Below are positions 57,901 to 64,000 of a DNA stretch of 64,000 bases, piece after piece (position 1 is the first letter of the stretch; each line of letters begins with the position of its first letter). The notes beneath the pieces are model-generated. The model did no database searches. It saw only the letters and a list, made by a program, of their open reading frames with translations, and had not been told where the DNA came from. The translations under genes were made by a program, and so were the position numbers. The stretch is taken from the NCBI RefSeq assembly GCF_947568905.1, contig NC_079167.1:6820001-6884000 (forward strand), written 5' to 3'. Source of the stretch: Ostrea edulis. Its lineage: Eukaryota.

Positions 57901-60900
57901 ATGATGGTGGCTGGATTTATCCTGTGTTAACAGATTGATAACATAGAAATGTGTGTTAACAGATTAATAACATAGAAATGTGTGTTAACAGATTAATAAC
58001 ATAGAAATGATGGAGCCTGGATTTATCCTGTGTTAACAGATTAATAACATAGAAATGATGGTGGCTGGATTTATCCTGTGTTAACAGATTAATAACATAG
58101 AAATGATGGTGGCTGGATTCATCCTGTGTAAACAGATTGATAACATAGAAATGTGTGTTAACAGATTGATAACATAGAAATGTGTGTTAACAGATTAATA
58201 ACATAGAAATGTGTGTTAACAGATTAATAACATAGAAATGTGTGTTAACAGATTAATAACATAGAAATGATGGTGGCTGGATTTATCCTGTGTTAACAGA
58301 TTAATAACATAGAAATGATGGTGGCTGGATTCATCCTGTGTAAACAGATTGATAACATAGAAATGTGTGTTAACAGATTGATAACATAGAAATGTGTGTT
58401 AACAGATTAATAACATAGAAATGTGTGTTAACAGATTAATAACATAGAAATGTGTGTTAACAGATTAATAACATAGAAATGTGTGTTAACAGATTAATAA
58501 CATAGAAATGTGTGTTAACAGATTAATAACATAGAAATGATGGTGGCTGGATTTATCCTGTGTTAACAGATTGATAACATAGAAATGATGGTGGCTGGAT
58601 TCATCCTGTGTTAACAGATTGATAACATAGAAATGTGTGTTAACAGATTGATAACATAGAAATGATGGTGGCTGGATTTATCCTGTGTTAACAGATTGAT
58701 AACATAGAAATGTGTGTTAACAGATTGATAACATAGAAATGTGTGTTAACAGATTAATAACATAGAAATGTGTGTTAACAGATTAATAACATAGAAATGT
58801 GTGTTAACAGATTAATAACATAGAAATGATGGAGCCTGGATTTATCCTGTGTTAACAGATTAATAACATAGAAATGTGTGTTAACAGATTAATAACATAG
58901 AAATGATGGTGGCTGGATTTATCCTGTGTTAACAGATTGATAACATAGAAATGATGGTGGCTGGATTCATCCTGTGTTAACAGATTGATAACATAGAAAT
59001 GTGTGTTAACAGATTAATAACATAGAAATGTGTGTTAACAGATTAATAACATAGAAATGTGTGTTAACAGATTGATAACATAGAAATGTGTGTTAACAGA
59101 TTGATAACATAGAAATGATGGTGTTAACAGATTGATAACATAGAAATGATGGTGGCTGGATTTATCCTGTGTTAACAGATTGATAACATAGAAATGATGG
59201 TGGCTGGATTTATCCTGTGTTAACAGATTGATAACATAGAAATGATGGTGGCTGGATTTATCCTGTGTTAACAGATTGATAACATAGAAATGTGTGTTAA
59301 CAGATTGATAACATAGAAATGATGGTGGCTGGATTTATCCTGTGTTAACAGATTAATAACATAGAAATGTGTGTTAACAGATTAATAACATAGAAATGTG
59401 TGTTAACAGATTGATAACATAGAAATGTGTGTTAACAGATTGATAACATAGAAATGTGTGTTAACAGATTAATAACATAGAAATGTGTGTTAACAGATTG
59501 ATAACATAGAAATGTGTGTTAACAGATTGATAACATAGAAATGTGTGTTAACAGATTAATAACATAGAAATGTGTGTTAACAGATTAATAACATAGAAAT
59601 GATGGTGGCTGGATTCATCCTGTGTTGCACTCAACCCATTAATGACTGTTTAGGTGGGCACTCTGATCTCGTGGTGCTGCTTTGGAAAGCTAAATAGTGT
59701 CCTCGCTGTCCCTCAGGCACTACTGCTTTCCAAAGCAACACCATGAGAGCATAGTACCCACCTAAACAGTCATTAATAAGTAAATGATAGTCCGGCTTTA
59801 ACCCACGGTGCACATTCCTCCGGCTCATGCACCGTGGATCAAACCTAGACTACTATTTCATCTAGTACATGCAAATCAGGCATAACACTATTTTAAAAAC
59901 CAAATCTGTTCATCCTGCTATATTGCTTATATGAAGATTCAGTATCTGGTTGCTTTTCCTTGGAACCAAAGTGTCCAAAATAACTAGGCCCTACAGCACA
60001 TTTATCTCTCCTGTAGGCCCTACAGCACATTTATCTCTCAAACAGGACTTTTGTGACACTGAATTTTCTGGTATCTGGAATAAACAAATTGGTATACCTG
60101 TTCTTTGGTTGGTTGACCTCGTTGTTCTCTCAGTCGCTGGTTTGCTTAGTCTCTGTTAAGAAGAGGTGAAGTAGCACAATCAGTTTTATACAAGAGTTAA
60201 AAACAAGTCACTTTAATATGTCCCAAGTCCCTTCATGATTTAACCTTTTATTTTCCCTTTTAATGTTAAGTCTTAGAGAGTAAATTCACGTAAAATAAAA
60301 GCTTAAAACTATACAGTTTGTATTTTTCTGATTCCAAAATAGAACCTTTTTTTCCTTTTTTTAAATATAAATATTCACTGTCACATGCTGAACAACAGAT
60401 GTTTGCAAAAAACACATATGCCCCCTTTCCAAAAATCACAGTATATATATACAGCACTACAAACTGAAGAATCAAATCTGCATGGGGAAAATGAAAAACA
60501 AGAGATGTTTGTAAAACACATATGCCCCCCATGGTGCAAAATTGAAAAGGGTTATACACACACATAATTTAATTGATAGTAGTATCAATTCAAAATATTG
60601 AGCAGACAATATCTTCCTATGTCAAGAGTTGATTGACCATGTGACCTAAAAATCAATAGGGGTCATCTACTCCTTATGCTATACCAGTGTACCAAGTTTG
60701 GTGTCAATCAAGCAAATAATTCTTAAAATATAGGCAACAACATATCACTATGTCTAGTTTGACCCTTGACCACAAAATCAATAGGGGTCATCTTCTCCTG
60801 AAGATATACCAGTGTACTAAGTTTGATGTCTGTGAAGCAAAGGGTTCTCAAGATATTGAATGGACAGTATATTCCTATGTCCAGTTTGACCTTTGACCAT

Positions 60901-63789
60901 GTAACCTCAAAATCAATAGGGGTCATCTTCTCCTGAAGATGTACCAGTGTACCAAGTTTGATGTCTGTCAAGCAAAGTGTTCTCAAGATATTGAGCAGAC
61001 AGTATATATTTCAATGTCCAGTTTGACCCTTGACCATGTGACCTCAAAATCAATAGGGGTCATCTCCTGAAGATGTACCAGTGTACCAAGTTTGATGTCT
61101 GTCAAGAAAAGGGTTCTCAAGATATTGAGCGGACAGTCTATTCCTATGTCCAGAGTAGATTGACCTTTGACCTGAAAAACAATAGGGGTCCTCTTCTACT
61201 CATAACCAACCCTGATATGAAATATTATTACGATCAAGTGAATGGTTCTCAAGATATTGAGCGGACAACATGTGGTCTACTGACAGACTGACTGGTGCAA
61301 AGCAATATGCCCCTCTTCTTTGAAGGGGGGCATAATAACAAGAAATCTTTGTTATATATACACATATATCATGCACCAGTGTACCAAGTTTGATGTCTGT
61401 CAAGCAAAGGGTTTTCAAGATATTGAGCAGACAATATATTCCTATGTCCAGTTTGACCCTGGACAATGTGATTTGAAAATCAATAAGAGTCATCTACTCC
61501 TTACGATGTACCAGTGTACAAAGTTTGATGTCTGTCAAGGAAAGGTGAAAATAGACAAATCAATATGAAACTCAAACTTGACTTGCAAGTCATTGATATA
61601 GAGATATACCAAATATTAACAACACTTTATCTTAAAGAAAACAAAATCTGTTTGTGAAATACTGATGACCTGGATTACAACAAAGTGGAATTTTTTTTAG
61701 TGTTGGTCAGAGGTCAATTTCATAGTCACAAGGTCAACAAATTTGGTACCGATGGAAAAATCATCTCACAAGAAATACACATGCAAAATCAGAAAGCAGT
61801 GCCTTACGGTTTAAAACATATGCCTCACATTAATATTTTCTAAAAGTAGGTCAAAGGTCACACGGTCAAGGATTTTGGAACCAATGGAAAGTTCTTGCCA
61901 CAAGGAATACACATGCCAAATATGAAAGGTCTACCTTATCAGATCTGATTTAAAATCATAAAATAAATCATTAAGTATGTATTGGAAGTCACACCTTGTA
62001 TAGATATTATTTTAATTACTTTATCTAAGAAATACTTATTGTCTAATTTCATAAAGAAAATAATAAATTATTAATTCACCAACATTTGTATCCATAATCT
62101 TGTAAATATTATATTTAATAACCAAGTTTCCAGAATGTCTCTCCTGTTTGTATTTTTCGGATTTTAGTAAAACCCTTTACTGTTGGCCACTTCCTGTTAT
62201 TAGCCTGACCATACATATATATAATGGCGGTCAAACTAAATATAGTCAACAGTATGGCTTAATGTGTATCTGGAAACTATATACTTCGCTGCATATCTGC
62301 TTATATGGATGCCTCTATTGTTTTACATATTCTTTACAAAACCTTTTGCATGTGCAGTGGTTTGGAGAATAAAACTGAAGAAAAAAAAGTATTTACTTTA
62401 TCAGCAATATACGGTAACCTTTTTTTTAAAATGACCAAATTTCCCTAGATTTGAAATTGGGAAAAACAGATATATATATAATTGGAAAAAAATAGCTAAT
62501 TTTAGTGAGGGGAAACAGCTGAATATCGGTGGCATTTTGGCTAAAAAAAAATCACTGCAAGGTTAAAGTTTTATGCCACAGACAGAAATGGACAGACAGC
62601 AAAAATTACATGCCATAGAATCTTCAATTTCAGGGGCAGAAAAAGTAACACTATATGACCTGACTATTTCAAGACTGGGGCACAACAAGCTGATTAATAT
62701 CAGATCCTATGATCCGCTCACGTAGAACGCTATACTCGTATATCGATCTACGTCAATGGATCATAAGATATGATTTTAATCAGATTGGGGGCACGAAAAA
62801 TCCCTTTTAAAACACCCTTTACCACTATATCTTGCTTCTGAAGTTTTACACTGCCATGCTTCTTTTGAACATTTATAGATATGTTGTCCATTGTTCCTTT
62901 ATTCAGTGACTTTGGCTGAAGGGGCTTAGTATCCTGTTTATCCTAAAATTGAAGAAAGAGACAAAATTAGAATTTGGTATAACTGATAATTATTAAGTGC
63001 ACCATAAAAAAATGTATTAGTCCATTTGTCCTGGATGACTTAAAATTTCTTTATCTGATGAATTTCCTTTTAGTTCAAAAATATTTAAAAACTATAAACT
63101 CATTACTAGTAATTATACTACTTCTGGTACACAGCTTCCTGTTCATATGAGAACTGAGAAAGTGCCTTGACGAAAAAAAAAAGGGAAACCAGGGATCAAA
63201 GTCTGTAGGGAAATTAAAATCTATAACAACTGGTGTGGATGAGCACTTCCAGTGATGTGTTACCATTAAATCTCAGTGTCTCCTTATTGACTATAAGCCC
63301 TGAAAATTTCATGTCTCTATCTAAAACCATTCTATACAAAATTCGGGTGGACAAAAAAATGTTGTGTGGACGTCAGAATAAAAAAACAAATCGGATAGGG
63401 CTACATTATTGCAGCTAAGTGCTGACCTGCCGACCGGAAGTGAATCCCCCCCAAAGGGTGTTGTTAATAAAATTACCTCTTTCCTGAGTGTAAAAAAGAA
63501 ACCTTGGGTAGTTTCTTCTCTAGGAGTATGCTCGACCTTTTGACCCCAAAATCGGTAGGGAACATCTTCTGATTATTAAAAACAAATATTAGTAAAAGGT
63601 ATTTTCTTACCTTAATAGAATCTGTTCCCCCTTTCTTTCCCTTTGAAGTCTGCAAAGTATCACTGTGCACTACATGTTTTATAATAAATGGTTTTCTCAT
63701 GGCCTTTTCTTGAGCTTCCAATTTCTTTTTTAATGCTTTCTCCTCTCTCCATCTCTTTAGTTTTTCTCTCATGTCATTAGCCTTTTCAC
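32028..63789 (-). CDS. DLGAP5: Disks large-associated protein 5 (HURP/Mars) homologue; 17 coding exons in the window, 5' end outside
   Basis: The 17 exons listed below have GT-AG boundaries and a consistent phase chain (3542 nt, ~1180 codons). Diagnostic motifs: N-terminal KLKRWREEK coiled-coil, SFAPEEFTF...KPLSP, GKAP domain (HDVNYFR...GQAKLLIAQRFKQFIGLVDNCEFKLGEKETTFTDLQGFWDMIYFQVEDV), GLFKVTSP and C-terminal LISFSP. Confidence 0.93.
32499..32876. repeat. 7 x 54-bp minisatellite starting at the DLGAP5 splice donor
   Basis: GTACTCACT at 32545, 32599, 32653, 32707, 32761, 32815 and 32869. Confidence 0.97.
32877..32977 (-). CDS. DLGAP5: DLGAP5 penultimate coding exon
   Basis: (V)NDQESDSGIPSDTESKFADLNVALTPVTRSSRS; acceptor ATTGTAG, donor GTGAGT. 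Confidence 0.87.
34850..35364. mobile_element. TTAA-flanked MITE, second family (GGTATTCCATGTATAATGA TIR)
   Basis: TTAAGGTATTCCATGTATAATGA at 34850 and TCATTATACATTGAATACCTTAA ending at 35364 (1 mismatch). Confidence 0.88.
35648..36160. mobile_element. hAT-type MITE, 513 bp, with perfect 8-bp TSD
   Basis: TAGGGCTGCAACG / CGTGACAGCCCTA termini; GTAGCTAC at 35640-35647 and 36161-36168; CCGAA/TTCGG subterminal motifs. An 8-bp TSD with TAGGG termini fits hAT. Confidence 0.9.
37592..37932 (+). mobile_element. RTE-clade LINE, 5'-truncated 3' end (one premature stop)
   Basis: LRIFWPN...WLSIGHICRR...RVALRWTPSKRKRGRPKETWRRSLEKEM...W*GQVQRWTQDR..WKSLVMALCADQHEED* followed by a TAAG-type tail. This is the typical RTE ORF C-terminus; the TAG at 37832 is probably from TGG. 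Confidence 0.9.
38205..38339 (-). CDS. DLGAP5: DLGAP5 coding exon 15
   Basis: (G)GKAVKSTLKQTRRRSARRSVSFCSPLQEKDKSCLRYPPTPHSLQ; acceptor CTTTGTAG, donor GTACAC. Confidence 0.87.
38590..38715. mobile_element. 3' fragment of the TTAAAGGGGCATG MITE family
   Basis: Ends CATGCCCCTTTAA and aligns with 48890-49000. Confidence 0.7.
39187..39449. mobile_element. 263-bp MITE with ~55-bp TIRs
   Basis: CTAATCC...ATATTGTGACATGTGCA and TGCACATGTCACAATAT...GATTAG; imperfect TCAAA(A/C)T flanks. Confidence 0.8.
40016..40612 (+). mobile_element. Inner complete pearl/HINE-type element (3 x ~138-145-bp units)
   Basis: 5' AACAAGAGGTACTGTGAG; TTGCTACTTC at 40117, 40255 and 40400; (GACG/GACA)n; 3' hairpin TATACCCCCCC...GGGGGGTATA. 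Confidence 0.88.
40798..41300. mobile_element. ~500-bp MITE with 23-bp TIRs, nested in the middle HINE
   Basis: TAATACGCCAGTTTCGAGATACG and CGTATCTCGAAACCGGCGTATTA (1 mismatch); TSD ambiguous (TA-like). Confidence 0.85.
42912..43105 (-). CDS. DLGAP5: DLGAP5 coding exon 14
   Basis: (R)RSINLKRRSVSFVEEPVKPESP...TPDASLLSS; acceptor ATTGCAG, donor GTAAGT. Confidence 0.88.
43229..43562 (-). CDS. DLGAP5: DLGAP5 coding exon 13
   Basis: (G)GSPKSQTDTRKSPMP...TPRHRRQSL; acceptor TATTCAG, donor GTTAGA. Confidence 0.88.
43921..44083 (-). CDS. DLGAP5: DLGAP5 coding exon 12
   Basis: KKFINKPVIKKPVKSKFAAFKASM...HDWGLFKVTSPIRKPTYHCE; acceptor TCAACAG, donor GTATGC. Confidence 0.9.
44549..45800 (+). mobile_element. 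Pearl/HINE-type element, 3'-truncated, with degenerate ~165-bp units
   Basis: 5' AACAAGAGGCCC...GGTCACCTGAG; repeated (C/G)GGATCATGAAATTTACAA(T/G)TTT motifs. Confidence 0.75.
46362..46457 (-). CDS. DLGAP5: DLGAP5 coding exon 11 (GKAP domain end)
   Basis: VEDVDKKFEDLQQQKEAGWVKKSPDLVKKVVK; acceptor ATAAAG, donor GTAAGC. Confidence 0.92.
46570..46730 (-). CDS. DLGAP5: DLGAP5 coding exon 10 (GKAP domain core)
   Basis: (V)QGQIRSVIGQAKLLIAQRFKQFIGLVDNCEFKLGEKETTFTDLQGFWDMIYFQ; acceptor TTTTTAG, donor GTACTG. Confidence 0.96.
46990..47062 (-). mobile_element. Degenerate tRNA-derived (SINE-like) head
   Basis: Minus strand GTAGCTCAGTGATTAGATCACCTAACTAGTAATGCAAGGGTCCTGGGTTTGATACCC has A/B-box-like motifs, but the stems do not close. 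Confidence 0.6.
47828..47953 (-). CDS. DLGAP5: DLGAP5 coding exon 9 (GKAP domain start)
   Basis: (E)RRSEPEHDVNYFRNLVSSETTRYNVVCEKWEAINTPDLSEE; acceptor TTTCACAG, donor GTATTC. Confidence 0.93.
47997..48126. mobile_element. 130-bp hairpin at the end of a non-autonomous element (possibly Crypton-type)
   Basis: 46-bp arms ACACCTATTTACTG.CTAT..GGACAATAGCAAGTT.ATTGTCCCC with 4 mismatches; the loop contains CGAGGCGCAGCTGTCGAG. The family call is from memory. Confidence 0.65.
48470..49000. mobile_element. TTAA-flanked MITE, third family (AGGGGCATG TIR)
   Basis: TTAAAGGGGCATG at 48470 and CATGCCCCTTTTAA ending at 49000. Confidence 0.85.
50421..50663 (-). CDS. DLGAP5: DLGAP5 coding exon 8
   Basis: (S)RMPVLNLELDLDDLNLPP...DSDTASIST; acceptor TTTTCAG, donor GTAAAA. 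Confidence 0.85.
50770..50840 (-). CDS. DLGAP5: DLGAP5 coding exon 7 (71 nt)
   Basis: (W)VEILKSSPMVEMSRRTPKQKSPV; acceptor GTAATAG, donor GTAAGT. It is required to convert phase 2 to phase 1. Confidence 0.87.
50987..52118 (-). CDS. DLGAP5: DLGAP5 coding exon 6 (1132 nt, S/R/E/T-rich low complexity)
   Basis: Lies inside track ORF 50893-52128; (E)NFKENRNG...HVAKSPEE(W); acceptor ATTTCAG, donor GTCAGT. Confidence 0.9.
53082..53183. repeat. 52-bp tandem duplication related to the adjacent array
   Basis: TATGTCTCAAACACACCAC at 53082 and 53134. Confidence 0.85.
53258..53805. repeat. 11-unit 44/52-bp minisatellite starting at a DLGAP5 splice donor
   Basis: GTATCAATGCAGCC at 53258, 53302, 53346, 53398, then every 52 bp to 53762. 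Confidence 0.97.
53806..53870 (-). CDS. DLGAP5: DLGAP5 coding exon 5 (65 nt)
   Basis: (R)CSTPKRERAASVVIATDEQET; acceptor TTATTAG, donor GTACTG. Confidence 0.87.
54818..55082 (-). CDS. DLGAP5: DLGAP5 coding exon 4 (SFAP motif)
   Basis: (A)KTLQSVQDVDRK...GMSFAPEEFTFTAPNNLASFVFKPLSPTSSENFL...DLG; acceptor ATTACAG, donor GTACAT. Confidence 0.92.
57500..59626. repeat. 60-unit two-state minisatellite (39 x 29 bp, 20 x 48 bp, 1 x 31 bp)
   Basis: Shared core GTGTTAACAGATT(G/A)ATAACATAGAAAT, followed by GT (29 bp) or GATGGTGGCTGGATT(T/C)ATCCT (48 bp). Unit lengths sum to 2122 bp, matching 57500-59621. Confidence 0.97.
59638..59777. mobile_element. 140-bp hairpin MITE with 53-bp arms
   Basis: ATTAATGACTGTTTAGGTGGG... 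and ...CCCACCTAAACAGTCATTAAT, 5 mismatches; TTAA at both ends. Confidence 0.85.
60098..60152 (-). CDS. DLGAP5: DLGAP5 coding exon 3 (55 nt)
   Basis: RLSKPATERTTRSTNQRT; acceptor CTTCTTAACAG, donor GTATAC; converts phase 0 to phase 1. Confidence 0.82.
60497..61335 (+). mobile_element. Complete pearl/HINE-type element (5 x ~126-137-bp units), with a second partial copy to ~61545
   Basis: 5' AACAAGAGATGTTTGT; repeated AAAATCAATAGGGGTCATCT; GACA/GACT tract; 3' hairpin ATGCCCC...GGGGGGCAT. Confidence 0.85.
62823..62942 (-). CDS. DLGAP5: DLGAP5 coding exon 2 in window (120 nt, not in the ORF track)
   Basis: DKQDTKPLQPKSLNKGTMDNISINVQKKHGSVKLQKQDIV; branch-like TTCTAAT plus a long pyrimidine tract ending TTTTAG; donor GTAAAG. 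It is phase 0-0, so skippable. Confidence 0.78.
63611..63789 (-). CDS. DLGAP5: DLGAP5 first coding exon in window (N-terminal coiled-coil region)
   Basis: (G)EKANDMREKLKRWREEKALKKKLEAQEKAMRKPF...GTDSIK; acceptor TTAACAG, donor GTAAGA. It starts in phase 1, so further exons lie upstream. Confidence 0.9.
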
Positions 63790-64000
63790 CTGTTAACAAA
63801 AAAAATCTCATAACTCTTTCAAATTTACTAAAATAGATTTTTTTAAACGTCCAAATGATATTTCCCTCGGCCTTATGCCATTAACTTTCATATCTTGAAG
63901 GATGGTCCAAAGGAGTGCCACCTTTACTTTTCAGGCAACACTATGGCCTCTGGGGCCACTATTAAAAAATTGTTTGTTGGGCGTTAGCCGCCTGACCCAA

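Noticed and set aside
57500-59626. CRISPR-like array of ~29-bp direct repeats
   Set aside because: The 'spacer' is a constant 19-bp extension rather than unique sequence, there are no cas genes, and it sits in a eukaryotic intron.
63264-63299. Possible extra DLGAP5 exon (acceptor TTTTCAG, donor GTAACA)
   Set aside because: It has an in-frame TAG in the required phase 0.

Overview
AT-rich eukaryotic (metazoan) genomic DNA, most likely from an oyster (Crassostrea/Magallana). That assignment is an inference from Cg170-like ~165-bp satellite units and 'pearl'/Helentron-type interspersed elements; no database was searched. Three protein-coding genes could be rebuilt by hand with GT-AG introns and consistent phases. 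(1) A 6-exon minus-strand gene (14502-9097, 257 aa) encodes a type II membrane protein with one C-terminal F-type-lectin (fucolectin/FTP) domain whose fucose-binding triad is lost. (2) A plus-strand profilin has an intronless CDS (20307-20699). (3) A minus-strand DLGAP5/HURP/Mars homologue contributes 17 coding exons (63789-32028, about 1180 codons; its 5' end lies beyond the window). It has a GKAP domain, a ~500-aa low-complexity insert and two RVxF motifs. The 15.0-19.5 kb interval has exon-like islands that I cannot assign with confidence. The remainder is dense in non-autonomous mobile DNA: pearl/HINE elements nested three levels deep, TTAA-flanked MITEs (one family carrying a tRNA-like Pol III core), hAT and 9-bp-TSD MITEs, tRNA-derived SINEs, and RTE and other LINE 3' ends. 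There are also several structured minisatellites: a 53-to-104-bp higher-order transition, a two-state 29/48-bp array, and arrays that start exactly at 5' splice sites. There is no CRISPR array, no true tRNA or rRNA gene and no prokaryotic system. I do not claim a proven new system. The best leads are the membrane F-lectin-fold receptor, the splice-donor-anchored arrays, the tRNA-cored DNA transposon and the unassigned exon chain.
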